Part shown: positions 12,710-26,879 of the stretch, piece after piece
How positions within the stretch are numbered: the first letter of the stretch is position 1
How the letters are laid out: every line of letters begins with the position of its first letter
NCBI GenBank assembly: GCA_964234715.1
Contig: OZ174279.1
Direction: 5' to 3' (one strand)
Length of the DNA stretch: 64,000 bases
DNA from: Podarcis melisellensis
Lineage: Eukaryota
Made by a program: the position numbers and the translations under genes
Notes under the pieces: model-generated
Seen by the model: only the letters and a program-made list of their open reading frames with translations
Database searches by the model: none
Told to the model about the DNA's origin: nothing

Positions 12710-12850
12710 AAAACATAAGAGCCTGCTAAATCAGGCCAATGGCCCACCTAGTCCAACATCCTAGCCTCACAGGGGCCAGCCAGATTCCTAAGGGACACCT
12801 GCAAACAGGACATGAGCAAAACTGCATTTTTGGCCACCTGTGATTCCCAG
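12710..12850 (-). mobile_element. CR1 LINE 3' end; related copy at ~26740-26870
   Basis: aacataagagcctgctaaatcaggccaatggcccacctagtccaacatcc. Confidence 0.6.
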
Positions 12851-15800
12851 CAAAACAACAACACCCCACCACCACCACCATAGGCTCTTTCATGAATAAC
12901 TATTAAGACTCTTGACCAATTAAATAATGTTGAGTTGATTAAGTATCTTCATTTCAACCTATGAATTGGCTAATTCAATGTACATGAATCTGCATATTAT
13001 AAAAACCCCAATATAGGAGCCTTTTTGAGAAAAGGTAAGAAGCAAAATCTATAATGCGACAAACAAAAGCTGCTATGGATACTTAGAAGCAAGGGCCATC
13101 CTGAACATATTTTTAAAAATTCCTGTTACAGTAACATACTATAACCAAAATAATCCTTAAAAATAAACAAATGTACATTGTGGCTCCACCAAGTAAAATT
13201 TGCTCTCACTTATTAAAATTGGCCCCTACTGATCAATCAACTAAAACTTCAGTTGATTAACTTACAAATGTCACTGCTCAAAGCTTGCAGTTCTAGTGAA
13301 TATATTACATGGATTAGTAAAATGTAAGTATGACTAGACAGATAAATGTAATCAGTACCTCTAATCCCTTCAAGAACATCCATCGCTACAGTAGCACTGC
13401 CTGGCCTTGCTCAATAATTAGTGTAAAAGAGGGCTATGCAGACAAACAAGAGTAGATCCAGATGGGAAAAGGAAGGATGATGCTTTAACAACAGCAAAAT
13501 AAGCTACTATTTTCACTGCTAAGCAGATTCAGAGAGAGGCTGCTTTCATGCAACATATTTGCTCCATAGATACAGAAATCGAAGGGGGGAAACGTCTCAT
13601 GCGCATGTAATTTCTGAGTTAGCCCTAAGCCTAAATCTTAACATTTTATTGTGAATCATCTAGGTCATAACATTCTATCAAAACTTTGTTTGCTATTCTG
13701 GCAAAGATAAATTCTTTTGCCCTGTATTTAGTAAGGGAGAATCTAGCTAGCAGTCAAACTACAGCACTCTGAAACATATTTTGCCCACCTCACTTTTTGT
13801 TAATTTTGCCTGCAACATATGCAATAATCAAACGAGAAAAGGTGTCAGTTTTGCCAATAGTCTGCCTTGAAAAGATAAGTGGTGCAATCTTAAGCATATA
13901 TCTTCAGAAATAAGTCCCACTGTGTACATATATGCTATACACTCACCTGGGAGTAAGTCCCATTAAACTGAGCAAAACTTACTTTTGAGTAGATGTGCAT
14001 CGGCTTGTGTGGCAAGTGTTACAGGCAGTTCATGTTTTTAAATGACCCTGTCCTATGCTTCACAAACCCTGGACAAAATCAAGTCATGGCCACTGTACAG
14101 CCTGTAGAAAACAACCTGACTTCAGAGGACAGCAAACTCAAAACTAGTGATACCCACATACTGCATGGGGATTGGGATGTAACAAGTCCTCTTGACTGAA
14201 ATCACTTAAATGCAAAAAGACAAATTACCAGAATGTCTGGATGGATCCTATGATAAGTTAACTTAAGGAAACTAGGAATAAAAGTTTCCTATCTCCTCTG
14301 CCCCACTTCGCCCTATCCCAGAAATGCAGGTGGCTGAAGCAGGAAGAAGAGGATAGGAAACTCTTCCTCCTAGCTAGCAGTGGGCAAAACAGAACCAGCA
14401 CAGGGTGTGATCTAGGGAGAATCTCAAGGACCACATAAACAGGCTGGGGGCCACATTTGGCCCTCCAAGGTCCCCCAACCCTGTTCTAAAGTTCTGAGTT
14501 GCAGACAGCAGCCAAGTTAGAACTTTCATATTTAGAGTTATCATATATCTATATCTTTATTTTGGTAGGGCTTCTGTGCTTTTGAAAGAGAAGCATAGCC
14601 AGCAAACAAAGCAGTTCCCTTTTCTGAATTTTCATATTTGAGAAAAGCTCCACCAGTTGATTTCTGCTTTTTACAAAGGCACAACTGCTCTGCCAAACAT
14701 GAAATTGGCAGAATTACTTTAATAATAATAATAATCAGATGCAGAATTTGAAAATGCTACCTCTCCATCACTTGTGTAACCAGAAGGCAAGGAAGAAATT
14801 AACTAGCTTGCCACCCAGGCATTATCACACAGTAATTGATCTTTACCCTCAAACCCAAATGACAAAACCACAACAATGCTGTGGTTTAAATGAACAGAAA
14901 GCAAATCCTCTTTCAACAAGCCTCCTAACTGGAGATTTTTATCCTAGTCAGTATATGCATTAGATTTTAGGTTGTTTATATGTATACAATTTTAACTGTT
15001 TTTATACAGTTGTTTTCTGTAAGTTTATTGTATTATTATTTTATTTTATTTAGCTCATGTGTGCCTAACATGTGCGCAACACAAAGCCAAAAACACTCCC
15101 AGCTATGTATCCTAGCCTCCTAGGTACATGACCTCCCACCCACCTGCTTTTGCAGTTTCAGATAGACAGTGACAGCTGGAAGTTTATGAAGTCACTGGTG
15201 GGCTCTGATCATCCTGGAGTATGTGTGTGTTACAGTTCTGCAGGCCTGATTTTGGCTAAACACGAGGAAAAACTTGCCAGTATGATGAAGCCGTGGAACA
15301 ACCCAACCAATGCCACTGTAGAAGAATTTGTTTTGATAAGCTTCAGTACAAATACTGTGGCTCAGCTGAGCTGTGGAATGGGTGATACAATATTCAAGCA
15401 TAAGAGTGATATGTGCTGAATAGAGGGTGTCACATCCTACTTGTGATGTTTGTGCATTCCAAAAATAGTCTCTCCCTGCAGAGACCAAAACACTGCTGGC
15501 ATATATTTATAATTTGTGATCAGTTACAATGCCTGGGTTCTTTTAACGAAAAGTACTATATTTATCCTTTTAAAATATATGCATACATTTGCTTTTTCAA
15601 TCTTCACCTGATATAATGCTTATACTTGCAAGTTGTTTTTGTTTTAATCCTTCCTTCCACAGCATTTACTGTTTTTTCTCCTGTTTTGCTGAAAATAGCA
15701 CCCAGTTCAGAGTCTATGCTAATCTCATCCCATACTAGTAAACAAATAATTGAAAGCTACTCTTCCAAAGCAGCTCTTCAACCAGCTGTGTTCCTACAGG

Positions 15801-17590
15801 CAGTCAGGACAATGCTTAACTCTCCCATTCCAATCCATGGGATTTATATTCTCTTAAATTTCACTGAATTGCATGCAGTATGTTCAAAATAGTTACCAAA
15901 AATAAGGCACAGTGCGGCACAGGGGAACTGTATGTGAACATTGTTTCTGTGATGGTGCAAACTGTGCTATTCATGATGGCTGTGTTGTTCACCCAAATCT
16001 GCAGTGCAGAGATGGAGAAAGAATTGTCATGACCACAAGGTGCCCAGTGAGCGCATCTGATGACCCCTGAATAAACTTCTACTTAAATCCTCCCTTAGCA
16101 TATCTAGGACAATATCATATGGCAAGAAATGTCAACTGCATTCTAAAAGGTATCAACTAAAAAAATTGCATGTTAAAGAACACAGCATTGATCTTGTTAT
16201 GGTATGTTTTTAATTCTCATTGACTTCCAGCCTCACTCTAACAGTGCAATCCCTAAACATGACTAAGAAGAATGTCCCATTGTATGCAGCAGGACTTACT
16301 TCAAGGGATGTGGGTAAAGAACAGCAGCCTAAGTTAATTTCTCTGTAGTTTCCTAGGTTCTTTCCCCCTTAATGGGGAAAGTACTATATTTATTTGTCAT
16401 CAATTCTTTGTGATCTCTTTTGCCCTCCATAACTTCTCAAAGGTAACTGCTGGTAGTTCCAACTCTAATCTTAGTTTCTTTAGTATACTAGGACTGGGTT
16501 TACAAGAGGCCCTGCCAAATAAATTTGTTTTATATAACTTTTAATCCTGTTTTTTTCACTGTTCTGATCTATATACCTTCACAATTATTATTTCTATTAA
16601 GTCAACTGGATTGCCATTTACTTTTTTAAGTGAGAGAAATAAAATAATTATATCAAACTTGCTGACAGAGCTATCCCTCTCTTAGGCTAACAGTTGGGTT
16701 TCCTCTCCCCTCCGGGCCTCCAGAATATTGAACGCAGTAATCATACATTAGAACCATCATTGTACAGCTCACTCATCCTGCTTTAGTTAATAGGTTTTAT
16801 AGGTTTTTGTAGGGCTACAAAAACCTGCAAAACCTGATCAATAGTAGAACAAAACACTATGTCAGCAAAAAAGAAAAGAAAAAAGAATAGGGCATAATTG
16901 CCTTGTTAGTCAAACTGCATTTTTTTAAGTACAGTGAGGAAAGACTACTGCATCAGGTGCACTCAAGAGATTAGTCAAATATGCCTGATCATCACTCACT
17001 GGTTCATGACATTACAACTCCCAAATGAATGAACAACCCGGTCTGTGACCCTGCTGAAAAGTATGAAATATCTGTTTGTAGTTTTTGACCTGTGATGGCT
17101 ATTTCACACATATATAGCCTATAAGACAACATTTATATAGATATTGAATTATTAAAAAGGATGTGTGATCTCTCCTTAACAGCACAGAGCAGTTATACAA
17201 TGAAGACAGAGGAATAGCCAGGGATTGGGCCCTGGGAGCTCAGCCGTAAAACGTGCACTAGTTGGTCATTTCAACTCAGCAGCATGGAAGGGCACTCTGC
17301 ACATGTGCAGTGGCATTTTCCAGCAGGCATGAGCATACAAACAGTTGCTGCTCATGCTTAACATAGAAAGCTCACGTTGACTGATTTTTTAAAATAGATT
17401 ATGGGACCAGATACAGTTCTCATTTAAAATTTTATGAAATGTAGATGGCAGGTATAAAATTGGGTTGTTTGGTTAATCACTAGAATAGGTAGTTATGCCC
17501 AGTAAACCTATATATCTTTTTAGGTTAATAGCAGTGTCCCCCCCCCAAAAAAAGAAACCTGCTTAGAGTGGGTAGAAGATTGATCTAATA

Positions 17591-17791
17591 AAGGTCACAT
17601 CCACACCACACATTTAAAGCACTCTTATATGCAGTTTCCCCACAAAGAATCCTTGGGACCGTAGTTTGTTAAGGCTGCTGCTGGAATTGTAGCTCCAAGA
17701 GGGGTCTTTTAACAACTCTCAGCACCTCTAACAGCCATGACTGTTCAAGTGGAATAAGAATGCATTAAATGTATGGTGTAAATGTGACCTT
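17591..17791. mobile_element. Palindromic MITE (Harbinger-like)
   Basis: Long imperfect TIRs aaggtcacatccacaccacacatttaa / ttaaatgtatggtgtaaatgtgacctt. Confidence 0.65.
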
Positions 17792-18403
17792 GCAAGCATA
17801 AGCAAATGCATTATTACACCACTTAACATATTCTCATGAATCTCGTTATTCCAAAGCTAAGCCTTGTCCTTAAAAAAAAGGTTGTGGGGTTAAACTCTAA
17901 TGAACCAACTCATATTATATAGTGCCTTCTGTAAAAAGAAATGGAAAGTCAGGATTCAACTGCCCCCAAATATAGGCCACCCTGAATTCCACTGCAGTTG
18001 TGCTTCTTAGAAGTTGAAGTATGTGGTTCGGTCTTGTGCATACAGTGAAGAACAGTTTTCAGTTGCTAAAAACCAAACAACCTCTATTCTACTACCTTCC
18101 CCTCCATTCTCTTCTATTACAGCCATGCACCACACAGATCTGTGGGCAGCTTGGTGGACAAGAACTGATGGCAAAATTCAGCCCACCAGCTCTTTGGTAG
18201 AGAGGAGGCTCAGCTTGTATACCTGTGTAAACAAACCATATATCATAAAGACACCTCAGTCTCCACTGTGCCTCATTCCAAAAGGAAACACAAACCCTGG
18301 GTAAGAACCTGGAAGCCCTGGAATATCAGAGTCTGGGGTGGCGTGCAACAGTATAATTTCTACAGTAATTAGGTGGTGGTGGTGGTTTTTACATGGATCA
18401 CTT

Positions 18404-18675
18404 CATGGATCACTGCCTTGTCATGGCGAAGGGGCTTGAATAACTCCAAGAATCTATGAGCTATGCTGTGCAGGGCCACCCAAGATGGACAGTTCCTAGC
18501 CAAGAGTTTAGACTAAATGTGATCCACCTGGAGAAGGAACTGGCAAACCACTCCAGTAAGAAATCTCCATGGACATAAAAAAGGAGAAGCTTTGAGAAGA
18601 AAGTGAGAGTTTCCAAGGCATGTTCTGGTTCATGGGGTCATGGAGAGTCAAATACAACTAAGACGACTAAACAAC
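18404..18675 (+). mobile_element. Internally deleted BovB (RTE) derivative
   Basis: BovB-like 5' segment (ggatcactgccttgtcatggcgaaggggctt...ggagaaggaactggcaaaccactccagta) joined to a BovB-like 3' end (catggggtcatggagagtc...gactaaacaac). Confidence 0.7.
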
Positions 18676-19061
18676 TGCTATATTGAAGCTACTTTATTTG
18701 CAAAAAATTCCATTGGTTTCATTGGAGCCTACTTCCAAATAACTGGATTCTGGTTTGTAGCCCAATGATCAGAAATAAAATGAATTAATTGATACAATTG
18801 TGAACTACTAGTGAACAAGTGATTTCAGGATTGTAATGTTCTAAGCTGGATTGATATGATACAAAATGGAATTCTGTATACTGATCTTTTTATGAACTCA
18901 CACATTAATGCAATCCTGAATTGCTAATATTGTTTGATAGCTATTTTTAATGTCATTAACTGCATCTTAATGTATTAATTAAATTTTGGAGCCTCAAAGA
19001 GCATAGATATAAAATAGATATAAGATATATAAAATATTTTACCTAATACCTCAAAATGTTG

Positions 19062-19063
<2 letters not shown>

Positions 19064-19107
<44 letters not shown>

Positions 19108-19108
19108 T
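19064..19108. repeat. (TA)n microsatellite
   Basis: Direct reading. Confidence 0.95.
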
Positions 19109-20409
19109 AAAACAAGCCTGAAAATTCTGAATAAGTGTTTACATTAATAATCCTCAAACATGGTTAAACTGAAGTGCTACTGTTTAAGCTGATCAAATTT
19201 CATTGACTTTTATGGGACAACTACTTTAAAGTATAATATTTAAAATTAATTAAGTTGTGTACCATATTTCAAGGCATATTAATTATACAAGTTTTATTCC
19301 TAAAAAGACTGAGCTACAATCCTGTAGCAATTTACTCTGGAGTAATCATACTTTGTTAGTAGAATCTCAGGTGGTATCTTGAGAAATGCATTTTCACGGC
19401 CTTAAGGAGCACATTTTAAACATCTTCATTCTGAAAGGGTGGCAAACATACCCTCTGCCACCATAGATAGCTTTAGCGTGGTGTTTACAGTTGCAGAGTT
19501 TAAAATTTATAGGCTGTATTGCTGCATGGGGCTTTGCTTTACAAATCCAGGAACTTCTTTTTCAAGCTTATTTAAAATAATAACATTTTTGCTTGTGTAA
19601 ATTGATATGTAACAACTGTTCCGAACAGATAACCGAAGAGTTTACTAAATTCTCTTTTATGTTGTTCATTCTTTTATTATATTTCACGATGCTCTTTCAA
19701 TTACTGCTTAATGTTGCAACATATCAGGCCAAACATTTGCCACTGACCATCAAAAACATTTTTTTTCAGAGAGAGAGAGAGAGAGATGGGAGTTGGGGGT
19801 TGGGAGAGCAATGCCCTTCGAGCAAGACTGTTTCTGCAGCTGTTGTGTACATTAATCCACAGAGCAGATCTCCAAACCCTAAATATAGCTTGCAGTATCA
19901 TTTTACATGACACATACTCTCCCCCCCCCCATTTTTTTTAAAAGACTTTAAATATAGGGCAATATTAAACTAGACACTATGTATGTGTTTTCTTTAAGGA
20001 GGTAATGCTGATTATTGGTGTGGATTTAGTGCTAGTGATTACAAAGCAATTGCTTAAAGTACGGTTAAGAGGGGGATTCAAAAGGGACATTTCTCATCCA
20101 TGCAATTTATACATTTTTTGCCTTCTGTCGACTCTACTTAGAATACCTAAACAGGCACAGAAGGAATTTGGACTCCCTCCCACCCTTCACACTCTGTAGA
20201 TTCTGTAGATTATTTCATTTCCATTCAATCTCGTGTGCCTCTGCGCCATTTAAGAAAGAGAATTTTTAAAGTTTCTTGCTCACCTAATATGATTTATCAG
20301 CAACAATTATCATTCAACTATAACATGGATTCTCTCCCTCCTGGACCCTTCGTGCACCTGCGCAATCTCATTGAAACACACACTCACTCTTGAAAGTTAA
20401 AGACATTAC

Positions 20410-20700
20410 CTTTTCTGATTTATCCAGATGTTGAAATCCAACTCTGGCAACACAATCACGGTGATAAAGATTCCGAAGTAAGAGATTAAAATGACTGAAG
20501 CAATTCCTTTAAGTCCTTTGGAACCAAAACGTCTTGGAGTCCATCGGGTGGAGCGGGGGGGAAAGGCGTTAACCTTGGTTTTGGTGGGAGATGGCTGTAA
20601 GAAGCTGAACAACCTGTCACCACTGAAGCAATAGCATTTGTCCGTTTGCAGGTCCCAAGTTATTTTGAGACTCATAAACCATGTGCCTGTGAAACATTCC
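20410..20700 (-). other. MYPN: Candidate MYPN non-coding first exon and adjacent muscle promoter (5' boundary uncertain)
   Basis: Donor GAAAAG|gtaatg at 20410/20409; splicing to 10077 gives AAG|CATG with A at -3. MCAT-like CATTCCA at 20695-20701 and MEF2-like AT-rich element at ~20914-20924. The MYPN ATG is 1 nt after an acceptor, so an upstream exon is required. Confidence 0.45.
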
Positions 20701-23021
20701 ACCTCATTGGACAGGATAATATTGAGCAAAGGGATTCCATTGCTGTAACAGCACCTACGGGGTATGTGTGTGTATGCAAGGGAGGGGGTCATCATTTTAT
20801 CTCCTCCCAGAATGTCTTTGATGGATGCTCACGCTCTTGGCATGACTCATTCAAAATGGATTTTGTATTGTTTTACGTAAACTGTTGTCAAAGAAGGCAC
20901 ATTCATTTTAAACTTAGAAAATAGTGGGATCTAAGCTCTTCCTTATTCTTATTACCCAGAATATCTGAGATGCCTAAGATTACATGCCACTAATAAAGAC
21001 TTAAGATTTTAACTAGTTAGATTCAAGGCTAAGAGTATGTACATTAAAAAATCAAACAGATTAAACATTGGGGGTATGATCCTGCTAAAGTTAAACCCTT
21101 TTAAGTCCCATTGGTTTCAGTGAGACATAATTAAGCAAGTGCTTAATTCTCCCATTGAAATCAAGGGCATTTAATTGTGCCTGGCTGATCCATTCAAATC
21201 AGCTTGCAGTGGGTTATCATCTTGCATCCTGAAAATGCAATCCTAAATACAGGCAGTGGCATATAAGCCTACAATACCATTTTGCCTGCAACGGTTGCAT
21301 GAGGTCATGGTTTGTGAGGTGTCACTTATGTTTTAATTAATAACTCCATCCTAAACATCTGTTGCTAGTACATGAAGCCTGAAGACATGTTGTCTGACTG
21401 AAATAAACAGGAACTGTTTATGGGATTACGTCCCAGGGGCTTAACCTAAGATTTACGAAGCGAACACAGCACATTTTATCACTCTTAAGGCTGTGATCTT
21501 TTAAATATTTTGTTGCTGTTGTTGTTATTATATATAATAAATCAGGTTGTATTCATGCTAATTAAGTCACAGTTAAGCTGAAATAAATATGGAAAATATC
21601 AGGACTAACCAATAAACCCATTTTTGTATGCAGTTTTCACTAATGTACACATTTTTGCAAGCAATCATTCCACAGACATTTTTGTATGTCGTTTTCACTA
21701 ATATACTCATTTTTATGCTCGCTTCCCCCAATAGATGCATTAAAAAAGCCAACAACCTGGGTTGGTGAACTGCATTGCAAATTTCAGATGGCTGAAAATT
21801 TCAATGGATACAAAAAGTATAGCTTGGTTTTGCTTCAACTGGGAAGAACTAGAGTTCAAGTTAGACATTGCAGGGGGCCACATGGTGGCTGTGAACTCTC
21901 ATCTCTGAGAGCACAGGAAATGACATAATCATACTCAGAGTTTCCCTACCCTTTACATGGGGAGGTCAATGAAGTAAAACTGGGACGGGGAATTTGGAGT
22001 GTTATGGCACAGTGTCAATATGTGACTTTCAGTGTGTATTACTGGGGGAGATAGGTCAGACACACAAATGCCATAGGTTAGTAGCATCTAGTTTGTTTCA
22101 ATTGAATTAAACCAATGGCTTCAGAGGAAGGATGGTCTTTAAGGAGCAATCTGAATGGAGAGCGGATTATGGCATTCAGAACATTGATTGGAGAAGTTCC
22201 TGGCTGGTTAAATATATTTTAATTTCCTGGTATTAGATGCAACTGTAAAAATAAAAGTATAGCATTCCGCAACTATTCTAGTCTCCAAGAATATCTTAGA
22301 TACTGGAATAGTGAATAAATTGGATGTTTATTTACATCATTGCAGACCCCTCCCTTCCACAAAGACATACAGACTCTTACATAGCTTTGCAGTACTGGAG
22401 AGACTCTTGAGGAGTTTCACAACTCTACACAAACTCTTCCGGAGGTTTTAAATCCTGCATGGAATCTCGATATGGATTATGCCACATTAGCACTCCACAA
22501 AGATAGCAATAAATACATTCCAACTTTTGAAACCAATAATGTATATCAGGGTGTCACCAAGCCATTTGTAAACATAATTTAAATACTTCCAACAGAAAAC
22601 ACTTGAAGACAGAGTTATGGTTATGCAGTTGTAAAGTTACTGTCATGTAGAGATTGATCCCAGTCACATTTAAGTCAATGGCAATCCTCCACTATAATGA
22701 TTACTGTGGCCCTAAAAAAATGGCATCAGTAAAAAGGCTGACTATTCAACATTTGAAAAGCACAGTAAGAGAAAATCGGGCTGAGATCCTAAGCACACTA
22801 CTGACATGAATAGAACCTGCTTTAAAATAAAGGTTTTAGGACTGGGGTGTTAGGCTCCATTGAAAAAAACATCCAGGCTGAAATGTAACCAAATGAAATT
22901 AGGTTGGATACTCTAATATTTATATTATGCACATGCTCGCGCACACACAAACACAAAATTAATTAACAAAAACTATTGTTAACAGAAATAAACCAGATGC
23001 ATGCTGTAAAATCTGCTGGCT

Positions 23022-23150
23022 GTTCTGCTAGCTGTATTGTGCCATACGGTAACATCCTGCCCACACCTTCCAGGGGTTCTGCTAGCTGTATTGTACCGCT
23101 AGCTGTATTGTACCATACGGTAACATCCTGCCCCCATCTTCCAGGGGTTC
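23022..23150. repeat. 54-bp tandem duplication whose second copy contains a 17-bp duplication
   Basis: gttctgctagctgtattgt(g/a)ccatacggtaacatcctgccc...ttccaggg twice; gctagctgtattgtacc at 23081 and 23098. Confidence 0.92.
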
Positions 23151-26100
23151 AGCTCTTACCTGTGTCTGGTTTCCTAAGAATCTGTAACAGTCTTAGAAAA
23201 TTCACATTTTTATATGCTTGCACAGTAAGGGATCAAAAAACAGATAAAGTATTACTATGTTTGTATTTGATAATATTTAAATGTATATGAATAGACCCTC
23301 TCAAAATATAGTTAAGGGTCATTATGACAAAGGCAGCCACTCCTCTGCCCCTTCCTCTCTTTGCATGTTTGAATATTCCAAACTCTAAATGGCAAAGGGC
23401 TGCAAATTGCAAACATGCCCATTATTTGGTGGCCATCTCATTAGTAATAATTTTTTATATTATCTGTCATCAACGTTTAATATAAATGATTTGTATCTCC
23501 ATCTGCAATAGAAATAACTGTTTTGATACTAACTGAGAATATATTGCAGACCAAATATGATGTGGCAACACCATTTGATGAATGTAGTATTGCATTCCTC
23601 CTCCTCACCAAACCAGCAATCTTGGCAGGATCAGGAGAATGTCAAGAGAGGAAGACAAGCGACAGCATATGTGAAGGTTATGTCCCCACCATTTTTTAGG
23701 ATTAAGAATCCATATATCATTTCCTTGCCAGACATGTCCTAGTGAGGAGAGGTGTACATCTCCCTCAAAATGTCAAACATTAGAGGAAGACACAGTCTCC
23801 ACACGTAAGTTCCTAGTGACTCAATCCAGAATCCCTTTTTCTGAAGTCCACACCACTAACTTCTTTGGCTATTGTTTTTAAGTGAGAGACAACATCTGTG
23901 TCTAAATGTCTGGAGGGAAGAATGCATAGTAGTGAACTCAAACTTGTTATGATATATGAAGTTGATCTTTAAATTCATTTTTCTTTAAATTCTTTAAATT
24001 CATTTTTCAAGGCACTGTACAAAATTTAAGAAAGCATACTATTAACAACAACAATCCAACTAAAACCACATTCACCTCTTTAAAACTGAACAGCAGCAAT
24101 TAGAATATCAGCCGTAATTAATAAACCATATTGGCTATGAGTCCTGTAAGACCTGCTTCCTGCCCTGGGAAAGTGAGGCCCTAAATGACTCCAGTTACAG
24201 AAGCAAGTGCAAGTGTGCAGCCTGCAAAAGGTGTCCCAAAATATGATGGCAAGTGCACCTACTTATACATAAGAAAGTGATACTCTATTAAAATAGACTG
24301 ATAGTACACACCTAGCAGCATGAAAACAGCCAAACTGTTGTTATTGTTGGCATTTGTCTGTCTCAAGAGACAATGAGTTGCTTTTATGGTAACATACTAA
24401 ACCCACTGGAACTTGGTACTCCCTTAAGAGTCATCATCATAAAAGAAATAAGACAACATCACACTTGGGTTGTTCTCAAGTCGTCATACTTTCTGGGTTT
24501 TCAAGTTATTAATTATATGCTATCTACCTCATGCACTGGCACCATTCCTAGAATTGGATGCAGCATTTCCATTAATGATACATGAAATCACTTCTATTTT
24601 CTTCATCATCTAAACAAGAGTTGTAAGGATGAATTGGTTAATATACGTATCCAAAAATGTTTTATCCCTTCCACTGGGGTGTGGGTGTGTGGGTGTGGGT
24701 GTGTAAGAAAAACAAACAGGTCACATTTCTGACAGCTCCAGCAACTACAACTTGATCTATAACACCACACAAATAAAACAAAATACCAAAATGCTATTGC
24801 CTTAATCCAGCAAGGTAAATGTGTATGCCAAAATTACTCACATCTCTTGGTTCTGCCCACATGTCACCCTTTCCTCAAATCCTTCCAATGGCTTCTCACC
24901 CCATTTTGTATCCAGCTGTCTTACTCAGTCCAGATTCATAGTAGGACTTTAAACAAGGTTTAAAAAAAACATTGCCATAGGAGTTGGCGTAGTGCCCTGC
25001 CAGATTTTTTTTTATAGTAAAAAATATTAATTCTAAAATACATTGCTCAGGAAACACATTATCAGAAACAATCACACTAACGGGGATTTTTAAAAAATGC
25101 AACCAGCTCCATGTACGCACATCAGAAGTTCCAAAGTTCAGCATAAATTATCTCGCAAGAAAAGCAGGCAGCCTATCAATAGGTATTAAACAGGCACAGT
25201 TGGATAGTATGTTTTATGACAGGAATTGCTATGTACTTTTGTATTACGTATGTGCTGAAGCAGCAAGCAGTCATTTGATTAGTGGCTGGATTTTAAATTT
25301 AAACCATTGTTTCTTTTCACTCTGATTGCTTGCCACACTCCCTCTACTGTTCCTGAGCATGTACTACACTTTGTGAAACCTCACATCATTGCTCAAAGGG
25401 AGAATTCCAAAAAACAAGCATTAGTTTCAAATATTCAGTCTAAGGATGCTTTTGAATATGGATGATTTAACACCACCCAATCACTGCTGCTCCACTTTGA
25501 AGTGCAAATGGAATAACAACTCTGCTTCCATTTTCCCCAACACCAGATGTTTGTATGGGTTATTATCATTGTTTGCGAAGAAAGGCTAAATACTCCCTCC
25601 CCTTTTTACTGAATTCTGCATCCCACCCCATTTAAGAATTTGGGGAAAGGGAAGAGTTAAAGAAGAGTTAAAGTTATAGAGTTGGGAGAATAAGCTCCAT
25701 GAAATCCAGTCTTGTATATTTTCCTAATCTTAAAAACTATTCAGTCTAAAGTTCTCTGAATGACCAATGTGGCAGAAAATTTGAAAAAAAGAAGTCAGGA
25801 GCTGCCAGATAAATCTGATATAATTGGTATATTCTAGGATATTAGCAAACCAAGAAGCCAATTAAACAGTGCAATTCAAAACAGTGTCATACTTCAGCCT
25901 TTAACCTGAACTGATATTCTGACACAGAAAGCAAATACTAAGCTGGGGCAGAAGTTTCTAAAAGACTTAACATGCTCCTTCTTTGACCATAAATCTGGCA
26001 TAGATATTTCTTCTGCCAGTCAATACAGTTAATAATACTAACTTTTGTAACCTTGATCCCTATCAGATGTTGATTTGGAAAATGCTCTTTAGAGTTTCAC

Positions 26101-26879
26101 CAAGTCTATTGAAAACTTATAAGACTGCATCAGCCTAAATTCCCTCCCTCTAATTTTTTCACTTATCTGACTGGAATTCTATTTCTTTGCTACTGAATCA
26201 CTTCTTTGCTCTAGCCTTAAATTTCATTCATTTACATGTAAAGTGCATGACAGCTGGCGTATACTATGAACAAATATGCTGCAAAACATTTATATAGCAA
26301 ATTAAAGAGTTTGCCATCCTAGTGGCACTGTTTGCTGTTTGGGAAGGAGCCAATACATTGTCACAAGACATAATCCATCAGGGAAGATCCTGAGTGGATT
26401 GGGTGCTCCTGTTGTAGATCCCATGGATGGATAATGCTTGAATACTGCATTCAAGGTTGCATGCACAATTCACAATGTTTGTATGGACAGTGAATCCCAT
26501 CTCTGTCATGATCCTGTGAGGTTAAGTTAGGCTGAGAGGTATATGGCTGCCTCAAGGTCATCCACCAAATGTTATGGCCAAGTGAGGATTTAAATCAAGG
26601 TCCTATTGGTCCTATTCCAACATTCTCACCACTGTAACAGGGTGAACAACCTGTGGCCTTTCAAATGATGTGAACTACAGCTCCCAGCATCCCCATACAT
26701 TGGTCATCCTGGCTGGGGCTGCTGAAACATGGGAGTCATATGAACACAAGAGTCCTGCTGAATCAGGCCAATGGCTACCTAGTCTAGTATCCCACTGTCC
26801 CAGTGGCCAACCACTTGCCAGTGGAAAGCCCACAAAAAGAATGTGAGTGCAGTAGAACTCTCCCCTCTTGAGATTTGTT

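Noticed and set aside
15055-15145. Possible DIRS-like terminal fragment
   Set aside because: Too short and diverged to support without a search.
20406-20924. 129-aa and 92-aa ORFs over the candidate MYPN promoter
   Set aside because: No recognisable similarity or coding-like composition; better explained as UTR and promoter sequence.
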